A stretch of DNA of 64,000 nucleotides from positions 37,798 through 101,797 of the forward strand of contig JANMHJ010000040.1 of the NCBI GenBank assembly GCA_031375105.1, in the 5' to 3' direction. Below, piece after piece: positions 51,903 through 60,759 of this stretch (positions within the stretch are counted from its first letter, which is position 1; each line of letters begins with the position of its first letter). Under the pieces are notes generated by a model. The model saw only the letters and a program-made list of their open reading frames with translations. It was not told the origin of the DNA and searched no databases. This DNA comes from Variovorax sp. (GTDB lineage: Bacteria; Pseudomonadota; Gammaproteobacteria; Burkholderiales; Burkholderiaceae_C). The position numbers were made by a program, and so were the translations under genes.

Positions 51903-53045
51903 ATGAGCAGCCGACCCGAACCGACAAAATTACATCTGCTGGTAATCATTTTTCTTCTGATTTCATACGTTATGGCGTGGCAAAGCGCTGTCGCGCAAGA
52001 CACTTCATCCGCACCGATCAACGCGCGTTCGACTGCTTATATAAAACCGGCTTTGGTAGCTCCCGAGTGGTTCGTTGCATATCGGACTGACGCGGGTTAT
52101 ATGCTTGATCCAATCGATGAAATGACAACTTGCCCTCAGGCTTTGGAGGCGGAGATATCTCAAAGGCATTTCACATCCAATGGTGCATTGCAAGATGGTT
52201 TGCGGCATTTCTGGGTGCATCCCGTCTCCATCCGGTTACCTGCACAGCAGCAAGCAGATTTAGCGAGGTTTCAAAAAAAGCCTTTGTGGCTCATTGAGGA
52301 AACGGGTGTTCGCCCAATTCGTTTGCCTAATTTGTTGGCCAGATCGTTCGAGACCTACGGGCCATGCATGCATCTGTCTAGTTTTCCAGTAACTGAACCC
52401 AAGCGCGTCAATACGGCTGATTTTTCTGAAGTGATAGTGTCTGTTAAAGCGCAACCTGCTGGAACGCGAATAATTCGCGCGATAAATCCTGCGCACAATG
52501 CATTTAATCAATTGCCAGAAACGAATAGCGGCACAACACCTGAGGAGCGAGCCATAGCGGCTTGGGTATTGAAGCAGCCGAGTGTGCTCAAAGCGTTTGA
52601 AAAAGACTTGCCTAAGCCAGAACCAAAAGAACGTCATCACCTGTGCGTGCCTTCATTTCAGCCCTTCAACGCCACGCTTGATGGCCAATTGCGCAGCATG
52701 CTCAGCTTGCGTTTGCAATGGTGCAATTGCGAGCAAGCCTCGTCCGATGTGCCGAATGCACCATGTGCGAAGTTTGAGTTTCCTTACAACAATAAAGTGC
52801 ATTGGCTGGCAATTGTGGAACGTCGCGGCCAGTCTGCGGGCATAGTTTGGGCAAGCAGCTTGCAATCTGGTGATGCTTTGCAGTTCATGCACTTGAAGGG
52901 CATAGTCACTCGGCCGAGTATTGGAGACGACATACTTTGGATCGGCGACATTCATTACGAAGGTTACTCAACCAGCTTGATGCAACGAGTGCCCCGAGCT
53001 ACCAAGCTGCGCTCCATCAAGATTTCCAGCTACTCGGGACTGTGA
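51903..53045 (+). CDS. Secreted protein of unknown function, paralogue B (tandem pair)
   Basis: Signal peptide LHLLVIIFLLISYVMAWQSAVAQD. Blocks FQPFNATLDGQLRSMLSLRLQWCNCEQ, WLAIVERRGQ and C-terminal ISSYSGL are shared with paralogue A. Confidence 0.5.
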   Translation: MSSRPEPTKLHLLVIIFLLISYVMAWQSAVAQDTSSAPINARSTAYIKPALVAPEWFVAYRTDAGYMLDPIDEMTTCPQALEAEISQRHFTSNGALQDGLRHFWVHPVSIRLPAQQQADLARFQKKPLWLIEETGVRPIRLPNLLARSFETYGPCMHLSSFPVTEPKRVNTADFSEVIVSVKAQPAGTRIIRAINPAHNAFNQLPETNSGTTPEERAIAAWVLKQPSVLKAFEKDLPKPEPKERHHLCVPSFQPFNATLDGQLRSMLSLRLQWCNCEQASSDVPNAPCAKFEFPYNNKVHWLAIVERRGQSAGIVWASSLQSGDALQFMHLKGIVTRPSIGDDILWIGDIHYEGYSTSLMQRVPRATKLRSIKISSYSGL

Positions 53046-53116
53046 TGGAGTAGTTTGACCAGAAGCTAGACTTTGCCCTACAATTTGGGGATCAATTCTA
53101 GTTGAGGAGCCCCACC

Positions 53117-53443
53117 ATGCAAACTTTCAGCATCCGCGATCTGCGCGACCGCTCGGGTGAGCTTACGCATGAGGCCGAAGCGGGGCGCATGTCTTTGGTG
53201 ACCAAGCATGGGCAGCCGTTGTTTGTGACTTTGCCTTTTACCGAGGATTTGTTGCAGCATGGGGTGCGCAAAGCGCTGGCGATGTCATTGCTGCGTGCGG
53301 GTGATATTTCTATTGGCAAAGCTGCTGAAATTGCAGGCATGCCGTATTTGGATTTTTTGCCACTGGTGAAGGCCATGGGGATGTATGTGGTGGATTGCGA
53401 TCCTGCCGAATTGGCAAATGAGCTGAAATTATTGGGCGGCTGA
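53117..53443 (+). CDS. Type II antitoxin: Phd/YefM-like N-domain fused to UPF0175-family domain
   Basis: MQTFSIRDLRDRSGELTHEAEAGRMSLVTKHGQPLFVTLPF is Phd-like; …LLRAGDISIGKAAEIAGMPYLDFLPLVKAMG is UPF0175. ATG with GAGGAG RBS, and an ATGA overlap with the next gene. Confidence 0.65.
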   Translation: MQTFSIRDLRDRSGELTHEAEAGRMSLVTKHGQPLFVTLPFTEDLLQHGVRKALAMSLLRAGDISIGKAAEIAGMPYLDFLPLVKAMGMYVVDCDPAELANELKLLGG

Positions 53444-53949
53444 TGCAGACGCGCTTGGATATTTTGGTCTCAGACACGGGGCCATTGGTTGCGTTGGCAA
53501 AGTTGCATTTGCTGCTGCAATTGCATCGCGTTATTTCGCGTTTGTATTTGCCTAGGGCGGTGTTCGTTGAGGCCACGCAAGCTGGTAAACCGTGTGCCCA
53601 AGAATTGGCTCAGTTTGTTCAAGCGAACCCAGATTGGGTCATTTGCCAAACGGAGATTGAGCATGTGTTGATTGATGCGCTGTCTGGGCGCTTTGGCGCA
53701 GGCGAAGTGCAGGCGATGTATTGGGCAGGGGAGCTGAAAGTTGCGTTGTTGCTCGATGAGCGCAGAGCGCGAGCTGCTGCCAAAGAGCTGGGCTTGCAAG
53801 TGGTAGGCTTAGGAGCGGTTTTGCTCAGATGCAAACAGCTTGGCATCTTGCCGTTTGTGCTGCCCGCACTGAAGGAGCTGGAAAAAATGGAATATTTTCT
53901 ATCTCCTCAAGTGATCAAAGCAATCGCAGCGATGGCTGATGAACAATGA
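53443..53949 (+). CDS. DUF3368-family (PIN-like) toxin
   Basis: LVSDTGPLVALAKLHLLLQL… is PIN-like. Cognate partner of UPF0175 antitoxins. Confidence 0.65.
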   Translation: MQTRLDILVSDTGPLVALAKLHLLLQLHRVISRLYLPRAVFVEATQAGKPCAQELAQFVQANPDWVICQTEIEHVLIDALSGRFGAGEVQAMYWAGELKVALLLDERRARAAAKELGLQVVGLGAVLLRCKQLGILPFVLPALKELEKMEYFLSPQVIKAIAAMADEQ

Positions 53950-56191
53950 ACTATCGCCGCGGATGCGTACTCCACACATGATGTATTTTTCTTCTCACTT
54001 TATCAGGCATTTTGCTACTTTTTTAATAGCATTCTTCGCAGTATTCACGTCGGCTATCGCCCAAAATAGCTCAAAAAACTTAGTATCAACCGCTGCGAGC
54101 GCCGTGGTGACTACGCCGCAGGTGCGCGCTGAGTTGCTGGCTTACGCGCCTGATGGCGTGGGCTCGGGTAAGCAGGTCTGGGTGGGTTTGCAAATCGCGC
54201 ATCAACCCGAGTGGCACACCTATTGGAAGAATTCTGGCGATTCGGGGCAGCCGACGGAGATGCAGTGGCAGCTTCCTGCCGGCGTGCAGGCGGGGGAGAC
54301 GCGCTGGCCTGTACCTAAGAAGATTTGGATTGGCTCGCTGGCCAATTACGGTTATGAAAACACCGTGCTGCTGCCTGTGCCTTTGGAAATTTCCTCCATG
54401 TACAAGGCGGACTTTTTGAAGCCTGATTTGGATGTGAAGCTCAAGGCGGTGTGGCTGGTATGCAAGCAAGAGTGCATTCCGGAGGAGGGCGAGTTTGCTT
54501 TGAAAATTCCGGCGACCAGTTCCACGGCTTTAAGCAAGGCGGCTTTTGATGCGGCGTTTGCCGCGTATCCGAAGGATGTGGCCTCAGATGCGAAAGCGAA
54601 GATTGCGGGCAAGGAGCTACAGTTCAGCGTGCTGAATTTGCCTGCTGCTTTGCGCGGCAAGAGTTTGCAGATGTTTCCTGAGACACCGGAAGTGCTGGAA
54701 AACGGCGCGAAGCTCGCTTCTGAATCGCAGGGTAAAGCGGGGGCAAGCTGGCAACAGGCTTGGGCAGGCGATGTGTGGACGGCATCGTATCCGCTCTCAG
54801 CGCAGCGCAGCGCCAGCCCCGAGCAGATGGCTTTGGTGTTCACAGCTGATGGCAAAACCGCCTACCGCGTGCAGGCCAAGGTGGAGGGCGAGTGGCCCAA
54901 GCTGGCTGCCAAAGCGCAAATGAGCCCTGAGCTGGCGGCGGCTTTGCAGGCGAATGCGAATGCTTCCAAAGCACCTGTGAATCTAGATGGCGATGTCACC
55001 GGGCTGCTTGCTGCGCTGCTGTTGGCGATGCTCGGCGGCTTGATTTTGAATTTGATGCCTTGTGTGTTGCCCGTCTTGGCGATCAAGGTGCTGGGTTTTG
55101 CAAATGCGTCCAACCAGAAGGCGCGGGTAGCAGGCGGTGTGGCTTACACGGCGGGTGTGGTGCTGAGTTTCTTGGCGCTGGGTGGCTTGATGCTGGCGCT
55201 GCGTGCGGGCGGGCAGGCATTGGGCTGGGGTTTTCAGTTGCAGTCGCCAGCGGTGGTGGCGGCTCTGGCCGTGCTGTTTACCTTGATTGCGTTGAATTTG
55301 CTGGGTGTGTTTGAGCTGGCGAATGTGTTGCCTTCTTCGGTGGCCACGTTGCAGGCGAAGAATCCTCAGGCCGATGCTTTTCTCTCGGGCGTTTTGGCGG
55401 TGGCCATTGCCTCGCCTTGCACTGCGCCTTTCATGGGCGCATCTCTGGGCTTTGCGCTGGGTTTACCGGCTTGGCAGGCTTTGGCGGTCTTTGCGGCGTT
55501 GGGCATGGGTATGGCGCTGCCTTACCTTGCCGCCAGCATCGTGCCCGCTGTTGCTCGCCTGCTGCCGCGCCCCGGTGTGTGGATGGATGTCTTTAAGAAA
55601 TTCATGGCCTTTCCGATGCTGGCCACCGTGGTCTGGCTGCTGTGGGTGATCGGCCAGCAAAGCGGGATTGACGGCGCTGCGGCCTTGCTGGTGCTGTTGC
55701 TGTGCGTGACTATGATTGCTTGGGCGCTTTCCTTGCAAGGCCGTACTCGCACTTGGATTACTATCATTTCTATAGCACTCTTTGCAGGTTCTATAGCGGC
55801 GATTGGCTCAAATGTCTTAAAAATCCAAGATGCAGCAGTAGCTCAGCAAAGCGCTGGCTGGCAAGCCTGGGAGCCCGGAAAAACCGAGCAACTGCTGGCG
55901 CAAAACAAACCCGTCTTCGTCGATTTCACCGCCGCTTGGTGCGTCACCTGCCAATACAACAAAAAAACCACGCTCTCAGACAGCGCCGTGTTAGAAGATT
56001 TTGCAAACAAAAAAGTGCAGTTGCTCAGAGCTGATTGGACGCGGCGCGACCCCGCCATCTCCCAAGCGCTCACTAGCTTAGGCCGCAGCGGCGTGCCCGT
56101 GTATGTGCTCTACAAACCGGGCAGTGCCCCTGTTGTCTTGTCGGAAATTTTGACAGTCACACAGTTGCAAGCGGAACTTGCGAAACTCTAA
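53939..56191 (+). CDS. dsbD: Thiol:disulfide interchange protein DsbD (c-type cytochrome/periplasmic disulfide reductase)
   Basis: N-terminal periplasmic domain, central 8-TM domain with CxxC, C-terminal thioredoxin domain (WCVTC). The true start may be one of the internal Met codons at about 53963-53978, avoiding the overlap with the toxin gene. Confidence 0.85.
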   Translation: MNNELSPRMRTPHMMYFSSHFIRHFATFLIAFFAVFTSAIAQNSSKNLVSTAASAVVTTPQVRAELLAYAPDGVGSGKQVWVGLQIAHQPEWHTYWKNSGDSGQPTEMQWQLPAGVQAGETRWPVPKKIWIGSLANYGYENTVLLPVPLEISSMYKADFLKPDLDVKLKAVWLVCKQECIPEEGEFALKIPATSSTALSKAAFDAAFAAYPKDVASDAKAKIAGKELQFSVLNLPAALRGKSLQMFPETPEVLENGAKLASESQGKAGASWQQAWAGDVWTASYPLSAQRSASPEQMALVFTADGKTAYRVQAKVEGEWPKLAAKAQMSPELAAALQANANASKAPVNLDGDVTGLLAALLLAMLGGLILNLMPCVLPVLAIKVLGFANASNQKARVAGGVAYTAGVVLSFLALGGLMLALRAGGQALGWGFQLQSPAVVAALAVLFTLIALNLLGVFELANVLPSSVATLQAKNPQADAFLSGVLAVAIASPCTAPFMGASLGFALGLPAWQALAVFAALGMGMALPYLAASIVPAVARLLPRPGVWMDVFKKFMAFPMLATVVWLLWVIGQQSGIDGAAALLVLLLCVTMIAWALSLQGRTRTWITIISIALFAGSIAAIGSNVLKIQDAAVAQQSAGWQAWEPGKTEQLLAQNKPVFVDFTAAWCVTCQYNKKTTLSDSAVLEDFANKKVQLLRADWTRRDPAISQALTSLGRSGVPVYVLYKPGSAPVVLSEILTVTQLQAELAKL

Positions 56192-56222
56192 GCCCTCAGA
56201 AACGAAGTTTTAGGAGTCTCGC

Positions 56223-56849
56223 ATGCAACGCCGCCAATTCGCCACATCCACACTCACTGCAGCTGCCCTGCTGGCCACCACCTCAGCATCTTGGGCGCAA
56301 GCTAGCGCCACCGTCGGCCAAGCCGCCCCGAATTTCAGCGCGAAAGATGTGAACGGCAAAACCGTCTCGCTGGCTGATTTCAAAGGAAAAACCGTGGTGC
56401 TCGAATGGGTCAACCCCGGTTGCCCTTATGTTCGTAAGCATTACGACGGCGGCAACATGCAAGGCACGCAACAAGAGGCTGCAACCAAGAATGTGGTCTG
56501 GCTTGCCGTCAACTCCACGGCCACCGATCATCCCGATTACCTCAAACCCGCTGATCTAGCTAGATGGATGAAAGAGAAAAAGGCGCCCGCCACACACACC
56601 CTGATGGACGAAGACGGCAAGATCGGCAAAGCCTATGGCGCTCGCACCACACCGCATCTTTACATCGTTGATGGCAAAGGCATGTTGGTTTACGCTGGCG
56701 GCATTGACAGCATTCCCTCGGCCAGCGCGGCAGATATTCCCAAGGCCACGAATTACGTGAAAGTCTCTTTGACAGAAATCGCTGGTGGAAAGCCTGTGAG
56801 CAACAGCGTCACACGTGCTTACGGCTGTTCGGTGAAATACAAATCTTGA
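56223..56849 (+). CDS. Periplasmic thioredoxin-fold (redoxin/TlpA-like) protein
   Basis: Signal peptide plus AhpC/TSA-like fold (…KTVVLEWVNPGCPYV…). Located downstream of dsbD. Confidence 0.65.
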   Translation: MQRRQFATSTLTAAALLATTSASWAQASATVGQAAPNFSAKDVNGKTVSLADFKGKTVVLEWVNPGCPYVRKHYDGGNMQGTQQEAATKNVVWLAVNSTATDHPDYLKPADLARWMKEKKAPATHTLMDEDGKIGKAYGARTTPHLYIVDGKGMLVYAGGIDSIPSASAADIPKATNYVKVSLTEIAGGKPVSNSVTRAYGCSVKYKS

Positions 56850-56852
56850 TCA

Positions 56853-57620
56853 TCATCGCGTAAAGCCTGTCGCCGCGCGGCCACTGCCCTTGGTCACCAT
56901 TGGGGGCACTTCGATCATGCCCATCTCGTCTAAAAACACGCTGGAGCGCGCCTCTTCTGTGGGCCAAGCCTGATCCCAACGATCTGGTTTTGCTGTACTT
57001 GATTTTTTCTTGGGCACATTGGCTTCGCGCAACTCCAACCGTGTGGCCTGCCATTCCGATTCGGGATGCTGCATCGACATCATTTGAGAATGCTGCTCGG
57101 CGGCTTGCAATTCAGGCATCACCATCGCGCGGATGGTTTTCGTGTCAGGCAAATCGTCACTGGTGATTTGCCAAATAGGAATTTGCGCCATCTCCAGTGC
57201 TTTGAGCTTGCGTTGCGTGCCCTCGGATGCCTGTCGTCCCGGCTTACCCGATTGCAACTGAATCACGCCCAGCACATCCCCCTGCTCAGAGCAGATCAAG
57301 AAATCCACGCAGCGTCGCCCCACGCTGCCAAACCATTGGTTGTAGGAGCGGTTTTGCGTCACGCTCAAGAATCGCGCGAGTGCAATCTGCGGCATCAAAA
57401 GGCATTCTGGCAATGCACGGCGCAGCAACACCAACACGCGCAGCTCGGCAGGTGTGAGTGGGCGCATCGTGCGCGGCTGCCAGTCGTCTAAGCGAAATGG
57501 CCGAACCTTGCCGCTGTGCACCACAGGCGCAGAGCGCTGCCACAAAACCCAAGTGATTGCAGCCAACCCAAGCACCACCAAAGCCGCCAGGGGCCAAACC
57601 CAAGTTGAGAGCATATTCAT
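56853..57620 (-). CDS. DUF2726 (NERD/restriction-endonuclease-like fold) membrane-anchored protein
   Basis: N-terminal TM helix, then …LRVLVLLRRALPECLLMPQIALARFL…WFGSVGRRCVDFLICSEQGDVLGVIQL… matching the DUF2726 pattern. Start set at the ATG at 57618-57620. Confidence 0.6.
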   Translation of the reverse strand: MNMLSTWVWPLAALVVLGLAAITWVLWQRSAPVVHSGKVRPFRLDDWQPRTMRPLTPAELRVLVLLRRALPECLLMPQIALARFLSVTQNRSYNQWFGSVGRRCVDFLICSEQGDVLGVIQLQSGKPGRQASEGTQRKLKALEMAQIPIWQITSDDLPDTKTIRAMVMPELQAAEQHSQMMSMQHPESEWQATRLELREANVPKKKSSTAKPDRWDQAWPTEEARSSVFLDEMGMIEVPPMVTKGSGRAATGFTR

Positions 57621-57749
57621 AACACCCCATATAAGAAAGTTATTGCCAAGATGCCGCGCAGACACAATTGCCAGCTCGGCAGCGTTTGTTGCATTATGTG
57701 GCCGAGAATGCAAGCGCAGGCAAGCACACGTATGGAGTGTGACGGAGTG

Positions 57750-58973
57750 TTAACCCTTCACGCACACTACTTGCTTGAGCGTGTGCACCACGTCGACCAG
57801 ATCGCTTTGCGCCGCCATCACTGCGTCAATGTCCTTGTAGGCAGCAGGTGTCTCGTCAATCACGTCTTTGTCTTTGCGGCATTCCACGCCTTCTGTCGCA
57901 TTGCGGTGATCTGCCAGCGTGAAGCGGCGCTTGGCTTCGCCTCGGCTCATGATGCGCCCCGCGCCGTGTGAACACGATTCAAACGACTCCGGATTGCCTG
58001 TGCCGCGCACGATGTAGCTGCGCGCGCCCATGCTGCCGGGGATGATGCCCAACTGGCCTTTTTTTGCGCTCACTGCACCTTTGCGTGTGACGAATACGTC
58101 TTCCCCAAAATGCGTTTCCTTTTGCACATAGTTGTGGTGACAGTTCACCGCTTCGATATGCGATTGAAAACTCTTGTGGATCACAGTTTTCGCAGCATCA
58201 ATCACGCGGCGCATCATTACCTCGCGATTGGTGGCTGCAAACTTCTGCGCCCAGCCCACAGCGCGCACATAGTCGCCAAAATAACGTGCGCCTTCCTCGA
58301 AATAAGCCAGATCACGATCCGGCAGATTCGCGTTGTTGCGCAGCGCATCTTGCTTGGCCAGCTCGATAAACATCGTGCCGATGAAGTTACCCACACCGCG
58401 CGAGCCCGAATGCAGCATGAACCACACAAAGCCCGCTTCGTCTAGGCACACTTCAATGAAGTGATTGCCTGAGCCTAGCGTGCCCAAATGGTTGCGATGA
58501 TTCGTCTTGCCGATCTTCGGATAGTCTTTGCATAGCTCGGTGAATTCAGGCTCAAGTTGAGCCCAAGCCGTGTCCACCGAGCCCGGCACTTTATGCCAAG
58601 CCCCCGGATCACGCGTACCCGGCACTCGCCCATGCGGCACAGCGCGCTCAATCGCCGAGCGCAGCGGCGCCAGGTTGTCTGGCAAATCCTCCGCGCGCAG
58701 CGTCGTCTTCGCCGCCATCATGCCGCAGCCAATGTCAACACCGACAGCGGCGGGAATGATGGCTTTGATCGTCGGAATCACCGAGCCAATCGTCGCGCCA
58801 ATGCCGAAATGCACATCCGGCATCACCGCCACATGCTTAAACACAATTGGCAGCCGAGCCGCATTCGTCAGTTGACGACGCGCCTCATCCTCCACCGGCA
58901 CACCGCGCGTCCACATCTTAATAGGCACACCGCCGGGGGTTTGTTCTTCAATATAGTTAGTTTCCATGTCCAT
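57750..58973 (-). CDS. rtcB: RtcB-family RNA 3'-phosphate ligase
   Basis: RtcB motifs throughout (…MPDVHFGIGATIGSV…, …GSGNHFIE…, …HGAGR…). Start MDMETNY with AAGGAG RBS. Confidence 0.9.
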   Translation of the reverse strand: MDMETNYIEEQTPGGVPIKMWTRGVPVEDEARRQLTNAARLPIVFKHVAVMPDVHFGIGATIGSVIPTIKAIIPAAVGVDIGCGMMAAKTTLRAEDLPDNLAPLRSAIERAVPHGRVPGTRDPGAWHKVPGSVDTAWAQLEPEFTELCKDYPKIGKTNHRNHLGTLGSGNHFIEVCLDEAGFVWFMLHSGSRGVGNFIGTMFIELAKQDALRNNANLPDRDLAYFEEGARYFGDYVRAVGWAQKFAATNREVMMRRVIDAAKTVIHKSFQSHIEAVNCHHNYVQKETHFGEDVFVTRKGAVSAKKGQLGIIPGSMGARSYIVRGTGNPESFESCSHGAGRIMSRGEAKRRFTLADHRNATEGVECRKDKDVIDETPAAYKDIDAVMAAQSDLVDVVHTLKQVVCVKG

Positions 58974-59034
58974 GATTTTCTCCTTGAAACTTGGGGTGTG
59001 CTTTGCAGCACGCCCCAAGCCCTAATGATTGTGC

Positions 59035-60178
59035 TTAACGAAGCTTTACCAGCCCATTCAGCACCTGATCCAAACCTCCGAACACGGAGATCTTGTCGAT
59101 ACGCTCAGCCACGCGCTCCAGTGTCTCCAGCTCTTTCAGGCGCAGTGCGATGGGGTTGTCCTCCATCACCTTGGCCGTGTTGAGCAGAGAGCGAGTAGCA
59201 GCTGTTTCTTCGCGGCGGCGGATCACGTTGGCTTCAGCGGATTTACTCGCTTCCACCACCTGAGCGAAGATGGTTTTCATCTCGCCAGGCAGCACGATAT
59301 CTTTCACGCCCACGCTTTGGAGCTGTAGGCCTTGCGCGGAAAGCTTAGCGCGAACATGCCCGAGAACGACCTCGTCGATGACGGTTTTGTTCTCCAGCAG
59401 CTCGTCGAGCGTGCGCGTGCCAACGGCAGCGCGCAGGCCGAGCTGCAGCTCGCGATACAGATGCTCTGCTGGCTTGGCCAGTTGGGCAAATGCCTCACGC
59501 ACATCGGTGTAGCGCCACGTTGCAGACAGGTTCAGACGCAGGCCGACTTTATCGCGCGTCAGAATATCTTGCCCTGAAACTTCCAACGTTTGCAGACGCA
59601 AATCCACCAGCTCCACGGCCACTTGGCGGCCAAACTTCCAGAAAGCGTAAGCACCGGGTACGAGCAGCTTGTCAATCTTGCTGTCCACCGTGAGCACGCC
59701 CACGTTGTGTTCAGGCACTTGGCTCATGAGCAGGCCGGTGAGCCCCTGCACCGCGCGTTGGCGCAGTTGGGTTTGCGTCAGGCGCTGCGCGAGAGCAGCA
59801 GTGAGTTCAAAAGTCTCAACGATCTCCAGCACCTCGATGCGGACATCCACCAAGCCTTTCCAATACAGGCGGCGAGTAGCAGGCGCGAGGATTTCGACGA
59901 GGACGCCGTTTTCCACGCGCAGACCCACTTGCGTCTCCGTCAGTTCGACGCGCACGAACTCTTCAGCTACCACTTCAGGCTCTTTGGCCATGAGGTAGTC
60001 TGCCAAGCTGTGCGCGAAGGCGGTTTGGTCGATAGCAAAAGTATCGATGCGCAGCTTGTCAAAGCCCTCAAACAGCCAGTAGCGGCCAGGCTTCATGATG
60101 CGCTCGAAATCGCCATTGCGTAGCAAGATGCCGCGCTCGTTTTTCTTGATGGTCACACGTTTGAACATGTTGTTCTCC
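59035..60178 (-). CDS. SPFH/band-7 domain protein (cytoplasmic, no TM)
   Basis: MFKRVTIKKNERGILLRNGDFERIMKPGRYWLFEGFDKLRIDTF is SPFH-like, followed by a long coiled-coil C-terminus. AAGGAGA RBS 7 nt upstream of ATG 60178; 13-nt gap to rtcB. Confidence 0.7.
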
Positions 60179-60474
60179 TTATGAAATGTGTAAGAGTGAA
60201 TAAAGGTGCCGTTACAGGAGCTGCAGTGGATGATGAATGCCTGCCTGAAGGTGATGCCGTGCGCTTTAAGCGTTTGCGAAGTGCAATCAAGACATTCGCG
60301 CTGGCTCAAGCTGGCGGCTCACGCCCAGGCCGCGTGCCCATCACACGGGCCGCAGTCGCTGACAGCGTTTGATTGGGCTCTTTGAATCAGCAAGCTGATT
60401 CGTTGAACTGCATCTCGCGCTGCGTTCGGCGGGTGGTCTTGCGACCGTTTGGTTAGCTTGGCTTTTCAGACCAA

Positions 60475-60548
60475 AGTTTGGAACAGGAGTCGAACCTGCG
60501 ACAGACGATTTATCAGATCGTTGCTCTTACCAACTGAGCTATCCAGTG
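60475..60548 (-). pseudogene. Degenerate tRNA-Ile(GAT)-like gene (acceptor stem disrupted; no CCA)
   Basis: Canonical D-arm (TAGCTCAGTTGGTAAGAGC), anticodon arm (ACGAT-CTGATAA-ATCGT) and T-arm (GCAGG-TTCGACT-CCTGT). Only 4 of 7 acceptor pairs form (5' CACTGGA vs 3' TCCAAAC). The 5' end overlaps the CCA of the upstream minihelix by 2 nt. Confidence 0.4.
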
Positions 60549-60600
60549 GTGGTCATGGCGGGACTCGAACCCGCGCCTTACGGCACACCATGTCATGACC
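60547..60600 (-). other. tRNA-like minihelix (acceptor stem, T-arm and GNRA hairpin; no D or anticodon arm), CCA encoded
   Basis: GGTCATG-ACATGGTGT-GCC GTAA GGC-GCGGG TTCGAGT CCCGC-CATGACC-A-CCA. Perfect 7-bp acceptor stem, canonical T-arm, and a GTAA tetraloop hairpin in place of the anticodon arm. Confidence 0.3.
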
Positions 60601-60730
60601 CTATCTGAGCTTGAAACTGTGCGGCATACGTAGCACCGATCTTTCAAAAGAGATGCTGCGCACCGGCGGAGCGCGCTTTCGCGCCAACCCCTGACCTGTT
60701 AGCGTTCAGTTCTTCACAACAGATTCTTGT

Positions 60731-60759
60731 GCGGTTGAACTAGTGCTTAGTTCAACCGC
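60731..60759. terminator. Perfect 12-bp-stem hairpin at the 3' end of the array-embedded HNH gene (terminator or processing site)
   Basis: GCGGTTGAACTA-gtgct-TAGTTCAACCGC. The HNH stop codon lies in the loop. Followed on the + strand by GATCCTTTT. Confidence 0.4.

Noticed and set aside
60547-60745. Interpreting the 60.55-60.75 kb segment as one long tRNA (tRNA-Sec, intron-containing tRNA) or tmRNA
   Set aside because: No D-arm or anticodon arm is recoverable. The insert is too short for a group I intron. No tmRNA pseudoknot or tag-reading-frame features. Best described as a minihelix plus a separate terminator hairpin.
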